A DNA stretch of 64,000 nt from positions 82,595 to 146,594 of the forward strand of contig CACLCM010000001.1 in the NCBI GenBank assembly GCA_902605365.1, read 5' to 3'. The notes under the pieces were generated by a model. That model saw only the letters and a list, made by a program, of their open reading frames with translations. It ran no database searches and had not been told where the DNA came from. Source of the DNA: an uncultured Candidatus Poseidoniales archaeon (GTDB lineage Archaea; Thermoplasmatota; Poseidoniia; Poseidoniales; Poseidoniaceae). Of the stretch, positions 30,287 through 38,881 are shown in pieces; position 1 is the first letter of the stretch, and every line of letters starts with the position of its first letter. The translations under genes were made by a program, and so were the position numbers.

Positions 30287-32605
30287 TCACTCGTATTCTT
30301 GCCACCTTGATAAAATCCATTTCGTGAGAAGTTTCGATCTTTCATCATGCGATAAATTGTCATATCCTAACGAATATTTTTCTGCTGTTAATTTTATTCT
30401 TCTGTACTTTGCCTGATTAGAATAATAGTACTGTTTACAGTTTTTCGGTTCCTCGGTCATACCAAATTTTGAATCCCAATCAAAATTACTCGCCTCACTA
30501 TTTTCATATGGTTGCAAAATTGTTAGATTCCCAATTGTGTTACTATATTTTTGATGCCACTTCTGATAATCTGGCTCTTCGCCTTCAAGGATTTTAATTT
30601 CATCAGAAAATTCCCATGTTTCCATTCTCGGAACCCATTTTGTATATGTCTCTGGGATGATATGTTCAATGGTGCTTTCAGTGTATTTTTCAATCACGTA
30701 ATCTTTGTGGCCCACCTTACTTCCAGACATTTCATATTCGTTCAATAAATACCTAGCCAAAGCTCTTTTTGAGTACATATTTGTTGATTTAAGTTCTCTA
30801 GTAACAGATTCATCGTCAGGATAATCATATCCAGATGTTGATTTTAACTTTCTAAGTAATGAGTTTGAATCTGGTTTTTCTCCACATGTCTTCCACATTC
30901 CTCTGAAAAAGTTTGTGAATCCTGCGTTTTGTAAACTACAGATGTTACGGCGTACTAGATATGATTCAATGACGTCCAAACACTTGGCAACCTCATCCTC
31001 TTGAGATTGAGTTCTTCTGTAAAATTGAAGTAATTCCATAAGGTACGGGAACGTCGTTGTAGGAGGATTATATCTTCGTAAACGAAGCAGCCGTTTCCAA
31101 ATCTTTTCACTTGTTCTAATTGGATCTGTTTTGCCACCATCGGCCTCCAATATTTCATTCTCTGGGAATTCTCGACAAAGAGAGATGTACACTGGGGCCA
31201 TTTCTTTTAATTCAGCAATCATTGCCGCTGATGTAGATTTTTTCGTTTTCCAATAATGTCTTAGTTGGACATACATCTTTCCTTTTGTGACATTTTCAAT
31301 AGGCCTAGTTAATGTAAAAGGAAAATAATAATCATCCAATTTCGATTTGACGTTGTTATTCGATTTGAATGAAAAGGATTCTTCATACTCTCGCATACTT
31401 CCTTCATAAAGATCATTAGCAGCTTCTGGCATATCTATTAGATTTTCAAAAATGAGGTTTCTGACTAAGTCTCCTGCTGATAGCTTTTTTCCAGTATTAT
31501 TCAAACGCTCGAAAATCATGTAAGGGTTTATTTCATTTGGAAGAATAATCATCGTGAAAAACAATCGATCTTTGATTATTTCAAACAAATATTCTAATTT
31601 TTCTCTGACTACATTTCCCTTTGAATCTCTAACCCTAGCTTTTACTCCCTTAATTAGATCGTTTTTCCAGGCATTGATTAATCTAACATTCTTACCTTTA
31701 TCCTGATTTAATTTTGGCTGTCCTAATGTTGGTATTAGATATTTTAGAATCTCGTTAAATTGTTTGGTATCAGAAATAGTTGGTACAATTGTGGGTGTGT
31801 TTTTTCTTGTCCCTGTTTTCACTGTCAAAGGGTCAGCAAAATTCTCTGCTATATCTCCAAACCCATTATCTTGGGCAACTTTGGTGATTGCACAAATTAG
31901 AGCATACAATGTGGTCAATCTTTGCTGCCCATCAATTACCCAATTTTCCTGAGTGCTTGATCCCGCTCCTGGCTTTGAGATACTAACCAAAATAGCGCCC
32001 AAGAATTGACTGTTTTCGTTGCCATGCCAAATATCATCGATATCACTCCATAGAGTGTCAAACTCGGTTTTTTCCCATTTGTAACGTCTTTGAAACATTG
32101 GCATTACGTAAATTTCTGTTCCATTAAGCAAAGTGCCTATAGTTTCTTGAGTTAAGGTAAGGTCTTCGCTTTTTGTATATATTCTATCTTCATTAGAACT
32201 TGGAATTGGATACTCCTCATATTGAATTACTGTCTCATTATCATTATCCAGATTATGCTCGATAGTCAGAGTTTTTTGCAGGATGAGACAAATTAAAACT
32301 TCCTCTTCTTCGTCATAATAAATCTCCATTTCATCATCTAGGTTTCCGAGATCTTTGATGTTAGAAATTCCAAATCGTCGATCACCTCTTGTTCTCGAAC
32401 GATAAATTGACATTTGTCCAATCTGTTTGGATTCTCCAATTCGAATTTGTATTGGCACCACAACTCCATTTTCCCTGCCATTTTTCATTTTTTCATAATC
32501 ACAGATTTCTAATTTACGAAGTAGTTTCCTGAGAGACGGTTTGGAATCAAATAGGTTCTTACCCCAGTTATTTGCAGTGAATACATACTTGGGTCTTTCT
32601 TCCAT
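30287..32605 (-). CDS. GmrSD-family nuclease (DUF262 + DUF1524/HNH) with extra N-terminal domain
   Basis: PMFQRRYKW, VIDGQQRLTT, IFERLNNTG (DUF262); TIEHIIPE...IGNLTIL...N..ASN (HNH); about 110-aa N-terminal extension. Confidence 0.85.
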   Translation of the reverse strand: MEERPKYVFTANNWGKNLFDSKPSLRKLLRKLEICDYEKMKNGRENGVVVPIQIRIGESKQIGQMSIYRSRTRGDRRFGISNIKDLGNLDDEMEIYYDEEEEVLICLILQKTLTIEHNLDNDNETVIQYEEYPIPSSNEDRIYTKSEDLTLTQETIGTLLNGTEIYVMPMFQRRYKWEKTEFDTLWSDIDDIWHGNENSQFLGAILVSISKPGAGSSTQENWVIDGQQRLTTLYALICAITKVAQDNGFGDIAENFADPLTVKTGTRKNTPTIVPTISDTKQFNEILKYLIPTLGQPKLNQDKGKNVRLINAWKNDLIKGVKARVRDSKGNVVREKLEYLFEIIKDRLFFTMIILPNEINPYMIFERLNNTGKKLSAGDLVRNLIFENLIDMPEAANDLYEGSMREYEESFSFKSNNNVKSKLDDYYFPFTLTRPIENVTKGKMYVQLRHYWKTKKSTSAAMIAELKEMAPVYISLCREFPENEILEADGGKTDPIRTSEKIWKRLLRLRRYNPPTTTFPYLMELLQFYRRTQSQEDEVAKCLDVIESYLVRRNICSLQNAGFTNFFRGMWKTCGEKPDSNSLLRKLKSTSGYDYPDDESVTRELKSTNMYSKRALARYLLNEYEMSGSKVGHKDYVIEKYTESTIEHIIPETYTKWVPRMETWEFSDEIKILEGEEPDYQKWHQKYSNTIGNLTILQPYENSEASNFDWDSKFGMTEEPKNCKQYYYSNQAKYRRIKLTAEKYSLGYDNLSHDERSKLLTKWILSRWQEYE

Positions 32606-32609
32606 GTTA

Positions 32610-33908
32610 TTACTCGTAAGTTAATATTGATTTAATTCTTTCACCAATCGATTTCGCCATAAATGGAGGGACAGCGTTTCCAATTTGAGTGTATTTTGGA
32701 CACTCTCTTTCAAAAATACCCTCACTTGGTTTTCCCGCACGACGATCTCCACCAGTAGTTCTTGGCCCTAAGAATACATGATGATCTGGTAATGTTTGAA
32801 GACGAGCCCATTCTCTAACAGAATATGTCCTAGGAACTGAATAATGAACGTAATCATCTGGTATTGATTGACAAGTCATTGTAGGATTATTTCCCTTCCA
32901 TCTTCTTGGAGTAAACGATTGATTGTTTTTCTTAGTGCGTAAATGTTCAGGACAGTCTTTCATATTGCACTGATTATCAATCATGAATTGAAATCTCTCT
33001 TCAGTTGATGGACGATGATTTGAAAACTCGTGATCTGTAAGGAGATGCTTTCTCCAATTATCGCCTAACATGGCACGCATTTGTTTTTGGTACTCTGTTT
33101 TTGGTTTCTTACGATGCCTAGGTTTTTCTTCTATCCAACCTTGGAAATTTAAATCATCAATTGCATCAATGATGTCAGGAGGAATTAGTCCATTTCCAAT
33201 AGGAAATAATCCGCCATTGTTCCTTAATTCACCACTATAATTTGACTTTCCTCCCTGAAAGAACTTTTTTTGACGGGGATTAAATTTAATCATGTCGAAT
33301 TCGCCTTTCGAATAAACGTCATGCCTAACCCCCATGATCATGACACGTGGACGGTTTTGAGGAACTCCGAAATTGTACGCATGAAGTAATGTTGGTTGGA
33401 TTTTGTATCCTTCGATGCTCTCAAATTCTTTCCATACCCTCCTAAATACCTCTCCTTTCCTTGCTTTCTTTTTTTTCCATTTAGCTGTAAGTAAGCCTTC
33501 CACATTCTCAAATAAGAAAACCTTAGGTTGAAGTATATTGATCACTCTAATCATTTCTTGGAAAAGGTAACTTGTTGGGATATCTTTAGTTTCCACTTTC
33601 TGACTTCTGCGAACTTGACTACGTGAATATTCTTGACAAGGAGGGCCTCCACAAAGCAAGTCAAGTTTACCTATGCCTCCTAATATTGGTAGCAGTTCCT
33701 TTTTGATAATGTCATTGGATAACACATCGACTATGTTTCCTACAAATGGTATCGCATCAGGGAAATTGGCTCGAAAGGATGCTGCTGCATTCACATTTAC
33801 CTCATTGAAAGCTACGCATCTAAACCCCGCCCCTTCCAAACCTCTAGTTAATCCGCCGCACCCTGCGAACAAATCAACACTTGTCAGATTCCTTCGCTCT
33901 CCCATCAT
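32610..33908 (-). CDS. DNA (cytosine-5)-methyltransferase
   Basis: Motif I DLFAGCGG, IV GGPPCQ, VI FENV, VIII PQNRPR, IX SVREWARLQ, X YTQIGNAVPP. Confidence 0.95.
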   Translation of the reverse strand: MMGERRNLTSVDLFAGCGGLTRGLEGAGFRCVAFNEVNVNAAASFRANFPDAIPFVGNIVDVLSNDIIKKELLPILGGIGKLDLLCGGPPCQEYSRSQVRRSQKVETKDIPTSYLFQEMIRVINILQPKVFLFENVEGLLTAKWKKKKARKGEVFRRVWKEFESIEGYKIQPTLLHAYNFGVPQNRPRVMIMGVRHDVYSKGEFDMIKFNPRQKKFFQGGKSNYSGELRNNGGLFPIGNGLIPPDIIDAIDDLNFQGWIEEKPRHRKKPKTEYQKQMRAMLGDNWRKHLLTDHEFSNHRPSTEERFQFMIDNQCNMKDCPEHLRTKKNNQSFTPRRWKGNNPTMTCQSIPDDYVHYSVPRTYSVREWARLQTLPDHHVFLGPRTTGGDRRAGKPSEGIFERECPKYTQIGNAVPPFMAKSIGERIKSILTYE

Positions 33909-33924
33909 TTGTTGTGTGCCAACA

Positions 33925-33942
33925 CCTGGATATAAACCCTGG
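33925..33942 (-). promoter_or_regulatory. methyltransferase promoter: TATA box flanked by two CCWGG sites
   Basis: Plus strand reads CCTGG-A-TATAAA-C-CCTGG; minus-strand TTTATA lies 23-28 nt upstream of ATG 33908. Confidence 0.65.
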
Positions 33943-33977
33943 CTTTAAACAATCAATTCACACCAATTAAAGCAGTT

Positions 33978-34696
33978 TTAGTAATTAGTTCTAACCAAAA
34001 TTCGACTGACTTGTTTGTGAGACCATTTTCCTCCTCGCTTGGCAGGAACGCCACACTCATTCAATTCTCTTGCAATCTCTGAAACCTTAATGCCGTCTTC
34101 GTGATACCTTGCATGGATGTATTCAATCCACTTCTGTTCCTCTTCATTCTCGATGAAGTTGTTGTCCTCATCCACATCCCAACCGTATTTATCGTAGGTG
34201 AATCGCTTTCCTGTATCTTTGAGATGCTGTAAGGCCATACAGGTTCGCTCGCTGATGAGATTCCTCTCCATTTCACCAAAGGCAGCCAAGATGGTAATCA
34301 GCATCCTGCCAACTGCTGAAGACAAATCAAGAGGTTGCCCTCCTGATTCACAGAATTGAATTCCTACTCCAAATTCATCTAATTCTTCTACTGTAGCAAG
34401 GCAATCGATGGTGCTGCGAAATAATCTATCCATTCTGTAAGCAAAAATGTGCTTAATTTTCTGCTTAAGGATGAACGCTTCATCTGCTTAGCAGCAGGTC
34501 TTGACCACAATGGCACCTTGGCACTCACTCCGTCATCGATGAAAATATTCTCATCAGGAAGCAGTAAATTACGAAATTCTGCGTTAGCTTTTCCTTTGGC
34601 AATTTGAGCATCTATGCTCACTCCATCCTCCGCTTGACGAGTTGTTGATACTCGAACGTAGAGAACGCATTCTTCTGCTTGTTTCTGCTTAGCCAT
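33978..34696 (-). pseudogene. serine recombinase (resolvase catalytic domain + recombinase DNA-binding domain), split by a 1-nt frameshift
   Basis: ORF 34388..34834 carries YVRVSTTRQ...SIDAQ...D.GVSA...RP; ORF 33978..34433 carries DRLFR, ERNLISERT, YGW, IARELN.G....RGGKW. The frames join near 34480 (KQMK/AFILKQKIKHIFAYRMDRL). Confidence 0.8.
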
Positions 34697-34748
34697 CAAT
34701 CTAGATTTATCCGGCTTGGTATTTACACTCACGCGACGGCCAAAAGTT

Positions 34749-34771
34749 CGGACACTGGGTTGGTGTGTCCG
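34749..34771. promoter_or_regulatory. inverted repeat CGGACAC-N9-GTGTCCG upstream of the recombinase (putative binding site)
   Basis: Perfect 7-bp arms sharing the GTGTC motif with both direct repeats. Confidence 0.5.
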
Positions 34772-34838
34772 TCTTTTTCTGCTTGTAGAAGCAGAAGTAA
34801 AAGTGGATTTTCGGGTTGCTATATGGTCGGCCATACCG

Positions 34839-34849
34839 CACGGTGTGTC
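34839..34849 (+). repeat. right direct repeat (putative att core)
   Basis: CACGGTGTGTC, overlapping the imperfect palindrome CATACCG-CA-CGGTGTG. Confidence 0.65.
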
Positions 34850-34903
34850 TTGAGGAGGATTTTCCTACGATTAGTTTATCACCTACATCCTTGAGTTTTG
34901 AGC

Positions 34904-36691
34904 ATGAAAGCCGTTTTCCTTTCGATACTTCTCGTTATTTCAGGAGCATTTGCAGGATGTCTGAATTATGAAGATGAAGATGAGGAACCAGAATTTTTTG
35001 GTGAAGTGTACTGGCAAGAAAATGGTGTAGCATTGATTTGGGTTGATGAGTGGTTGTATTATGGACTACCAAAAATCAATGGGGGTTGTGATGAGTGGAA
35101 TGTCATTTTAGATGATGAAATTGATTGGGATAAATTCACAGTCGTAGAAGGTCAGCCCATAGGTGATGTTTGTTTTGACGTAGCTAGAGATGAAAAGCAT
35201 GTATCAACTTACACTGGAGATTATTTTGAAATTTGTATTGTAGGAGATGAGGAAGATTTTTGCTACGACATACACCTAATCGACGGCGGCATAATTCGTT
35301 ATTATGATGGATATTATGTCATGTGTACCTTCTATGCAAGCGACATAAGAGAGCCAACTGGGGGGTACGAAACCACCCCTGTTCTCTTAGTAGATGATGA
35401 AGAGTGGCACGAGCAGTTTGCAGATTTTGTAAGGGATTCTCAAGATGCAGCAGAAGAAATTGGATGCCTGACACCATCATACGATAATTTAGATGTCCCT
35501 TCGGGACCATGGATTAGCATAGATGAGATTGATGAAGATGATGAGGAGGACTATCCTAGATGTGAATTGATATGGCCTGAAGATGCTTTCAAGGCAGCAA
35601 TATATTCCTTCATTGCAGAGTATGAACTACTCTATGGTGCTTCAGTTGGTTGTTTCTTAGATGATTATGCTGACCAAACCTACGAAGATGTTGCCTTTGA
35701 CTTGGAGGATAATTTCTTCTCCTCGGATGCCTTGGAATACGCCCAAAATTGGGTTGACACAAATGCCCAAGAATATGGACAGGAATCATTTAACTTATCT
35801 ACAGAATTCAACATCGCAGGTGGAGGATTAGGCCACATAAACGGAACAACTCAACCTGAGCCAGTAGAGTGTAGTGAAAGTGGAGATGAAACTCCTGCTC
35901 AATCTACAAACTCATCTATATTCACAATCCAAGAAAACCCTCACGTTAACCAATCTGGAATGGCTTGCTTCACCAAATATGTCGAAGTATTTGGATTAGG
36001 CGTGTATGCTGAATCAGGACTTAGTGACGAACAAGTACTGCATGCAGCTGATGTATTAGCAGAATTACTAGACAATGACGAAGATGGGGTTGCTGATGAC
36101 CAAGCCTTGCTGTCAAGGCTGCAAGACATGAATGCTCTTGTTCCGATGTTCAATTCTGAAGAAATTGCTGAATCTCCTGCTCTTTTGGATTTCGAGGAGA
36201 ATTACAATGGCAATGGCGTAGGTGCAGTATTATTTGCAAACGAAGTAGATCCTGAAAATCCAGGGCTTTGGGGCGCAGATGCAACTATCGAGGAGATAAT
36301 GCACACAATCAATCATATTGGTCATGTTCATTTGTATCCAGATGCTTTTGGTTTAGAACCTAATTCATCGTTGCTAAGTGATGCAATGGACGAAGCAAGA
36401 GGTGGTCAATTCGTTGAACATCCTGGCGAATATCCTGAGGATGCATGGTATCATTACGACGATGTAACGTGCGAATACGATTGCATGGCTATCGAATACC
36501 TCTACTGGGCTCAAGTCGCAAATATGGGCTTACTGAATGATACTGAGACTTGTGATGGTATTGATGATGAATGGCAGCCATGCTCGAAGGAATTGTTGGA
36601 AAGTATGGATGTGCTAATCTATGCTCTAGTTACCGACCCACAGTATATGCTGCCTCAAATTGCGCCTGATGGTCAATATAATCCTGAATGA
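34904..36691 (+). CDS. highly acidic lipoprotein-like protein with a putative zincin-like C-terminal domain
   Basis: Signal peptide with FAGC; Cys pairs; EEIMHTINHIGH motif and a downstream EYLYW. Confidence 0.6.
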   Translation: MKAVFLSILLVISGAFAGCLNYEDEDEEPEFFGEVYWQENGVALIWVDEWLYYGLPKINGGCDEWNVILDDEIDWDKFTVVEGQPIGDVCFDVARDEKHVSTYTGDYFEICIVGDEEDFCYDIHLIDGGIIRYYDGYYVMCTFYASDIREPTGGYETTPVLLVDDEEWHEQFADFVRDSQDAAEEIGCLTPSYDNLDVPSGPWISIDEIDEDDEEDYPRCELIWPEDAFKAAIYSFIAEYELLYGASVGCFLDDYADQTYEDVAFDLEDNFFSSDALEYAQNWVDTNAQEYGQESFNLSTEFNIAGGGLGHINGTTQPEPVECSESGDETPAQSTNSSIFTIQENPHVNQSGMACFTKYVEVFGLGVYAESGLSDEQVLHAADVLAELLDNDEDGVADDQALLSRLQDMNALVPMFNSEEIAESPALLDFEENYNGNGVGAVLFANEVDPENPGLWGADATIEEIMHTINHIGHVHLYPDAFGLEPNSSLLSDAMDEARGGQFVEHPGEYPEDAWYHYDDVTCEYDCMAIEYLYWAQVANMGLLNDTETCDGIDDEWQPCSKELLESMDVLIYALVTDPQYMLPQIAPDGQYNPE

Positions 36692-36907
36692 AATTATTCG
36701 GAAATTGTCCAATCAAACACCTTGGCTACTTGCCCAGGTATACAAGATTCCACTCAATACACAACATGCATAGAAAACAGCCCTAATTGGATTGTACTTC
36801 ACGGCTTCAAACCAATACCTCGGATTCAACAGATACAACATGAGAGTTATTCTTACTTAGTCCATTGTAATACTATTGCTTGTAATTGTAGATATCAAAT
36901 AAAATAT

Positions 36908-38737
36908 CTACTCTTCACTGTCTTCTAATTGTGAATCGTAAATTTGTTCTAATTCAGCGGCTCTTTCTTCTGAAATACCAAATGTTTTAGCCTGGAATTT
37001 GAGCATTTTTCGCTCATCATCAGTAACAAACCGATCTTCCATTGCGATTCCATATGCCTCGGAATATGCATTTTCTTTATCCATGCGAAGAACTTCTGAT
37101 TCAGTCATCTGCGCTTGGATTTTAAATTCATCATATTGAATAAATCCATCTTGATTCAAATCAATTTCTTTGAAAAATTCAGACTGAGTTTCTGGAGGCA
37201 GTTTCGCAACTTCCGGAGATTGAGAAAATTCCTCTGGCGAAATTACTTCATCGTTATTTTTGTCCATTGATTCAAACGCCTCTTTGATTTCCCTCTCATC
37301 GATTGGTGCTAGACCAGTAGTTCCAAAGACACTCATCATATTTATCCCGCTTGAGCCATATTTCTCGGCTAGTCCTTCAGGAGTCTCGCGACCTTCTTCC
37401 AACTTGTCATACCATTCTTCAAGGTAAATTTTCTTCTCTTCATTAATCCCGTAAGCTTTCGCTTGGAGATCTAACATAGAACGTTCATTTACGGTAATCT
37501 TTCCATCCTTTTTTGCAAGAGAGTACATCTCAAGGTAACCTAATTCTTCCTTTGTGTGAGATTCAGGAAGAAGTTTTGACGAGATGATACCTATTGTCTT
37601 GATGATCGGTTTTCGCAGGATAATAAGTGGTAAACCAATTATTACGCCTCCAATCCAACCTTGGTCAAATATAGTTTCCATCACTTCAGTGCTTACTAAA
37701 AATAGAATTGCGCCCACTCCAGCGAAGATTGCAGTGCTGAATGTTTTCCGTAATTGTTCATCAATTCCAAACATGTCATTTTTGATAACTGCATATGTAA
37801 AAATGATACCTTCAAACAATGCAGCTAATACAACGGCGGTTGGCATCAGTGGAGCTAGTGCAATTAGGATTGCAGGGACATACTGGTCTGCATTGAAAGG
37901 ATTTGTACTCAGATTTGGCGATTCGCCGAGAATAGAAATAATCGTAAATAGAATCATAGTTGTCACAATTTGTAAAGTAGTCTTGCCAATGAATCCTAGT
38001 CGAACTGCACGCACTTCTCCAATGAGGTTTGCATTTCCTTCTGAATTTATTCTCTTCTGCGACTTTCCTACTGCGATTGTTGCAATTATTGCCCCAATAA
38101 GCGGGATGAAAAGTAGAACCTGTGTTAGTGGGCCAAGTGCGACATTAGAGTATGTCAAGGGATATACTGATGCATATTTTTCAGGACATGTAACTTCAAA
38201 GGGCAAGGGGTTGCCTGAAGCGGTAGTGCCTTGTCCAGCGCCTACTCCTTCACAGTAAATCCAGCCAATATCTCCAATCGCTACACTTGTTCCTCCCAAA
38301 AGGTGGCTTAAACCAATAATTAGTGTGAAACTGATTATCGGGAGAACGTATAATCCATGGAAACGGAAAAAGTCTTTAACTTTCTTAGCCCATTTCTTTT
38401 CACTGTAAAATGCGCCTGCCAAAATGTACAGAACAAATAATTGAAACGACATAGTGTAGTAAACTATTCTTGCAGGCTTTAGAACGCTCAGGAAACTTTC
38501 AGGCCAAGCATAGACCCAGAACAACATTGCTGTAGCGCATCTCAGTGCTTCAGTAAATAACATCAATGCCATAAATCGATTTTTAGCCTCTTTTGGACCT
38601 GCCTTCAATATAAGGTAAGAAAGGAAAATCAGGAAAACCGCTGCAAAAATACTGAAAATAGCAAGTAAGCCCCAGTATCCCAAGAATGAACCTGAAGCGC
38701 GCCAATAATATGAGAGTGGCGAGCCTACATCTGCCAT
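36908..38737 (-). CDS. polytopic membrane protein with a cytoplasmic EF-hand pair between two TerB-like helical repeats
   Basis: About 8-9 TM helices; EF loops DKNNDEVISPEE and DLNQDGFIQYDE; repeat Y...Y..A..D..(I/V)T..ER.ML..QAK.(Y/F)GI.EE occurs twice. Confidence 0.7.
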   Translation of the reverse strand: MADVGSPLSYYWRASGSFLGYWGLLAIFSIFAAVFLIFLSYLILKAGPKEAKNRFMALMLFTEALRCATAMLFWVYAWPESFLSVLKPARIVYYTMSFQLFVLYILAGAFYSEKKWAKKVKDFFRFHGLYVLPIISFTLIIGLSHLLGGTSVAIGDIGWIYCEGVGAGQGTTASGNPLPFEVTCPEKYASVYPLTYSNVALGPLTQVLLFIPLIGAIIATIAVGKSQKRINSEGNANLIGEVRAVRLGFIGKTTLQIVTTMILFTIISILGESPNLSTNPFNADQYVPAILIALAPLMPTAVVLAALFEGIIFTYAVIKNDMFGIDEQLRKTFSTAIFAGVGAILFLVSTEVMETIFDQGWIGGVIIGLPLIILRKPIIKTIGIISSKLLPESHTKEELGYLEMYSLAKKDGKITVNERSMLDLQAKAYGINEEKKIYLEEWYDKLEEGRETPEGLAEKYGSSGINMMSVFGTTGLAPIDEREIKEAFESMDKNNDEVISPEEFSQSPEVAKLPPETQSEFFKEIDLNQDGFIQYDEFKIQAQMTESEVLRMDKENAYSEAYGIAMEDRFVTDDERKMLKFQAKTFGISEERAAELEQIYDSQLEDSEE

Positions 38738-38881
38738 GATAATTCGTTTTGAACTCGGTACTTATTACTAGTCCCGGCAACAAAACCTCTAGTGTATTTC
38801 ATCGGTTTTTTTGTGGTCATGATTTGTTTTTTATTAGTAGACAGTCAGCAGATTGAATAAAACTGTACAGTTGGGGACTTC

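Larger units (their letters stand above)
30235..34849. mobile_element. serine-recombinase-associated defence cassette bounded by an 11-bp direct repeat
   Basis: CACGGTGTGTC at 30235-30245 and 34839-34849; three co-oriented minus-strand genes; cargo is visibly AT-rich; lies between two plus-strand lipoprotein genes. Confidence 0.7.

Noticed and set aside
34440..34490. Programmed -1 frameshift in the recombinase
   Set aside because: No X-XXY-YYZ slippery heptamer in the correct frame and no obvious stimulatory hairpin; a simple deletion or sequencing error is more parsimonious.
34697..34834. 46-aa N-terminal extension of the recombinase ORF
   Set aside because: Non-protein-like composition, overlaps the inverted-repeat sites, and the catalytic motif begins shortly after ATG 34696.
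37584..38258. 224-aa plus-strand ORF
   Set aside because: Wholly antisense to the membrane-protein gene, with no recognisable motifs.
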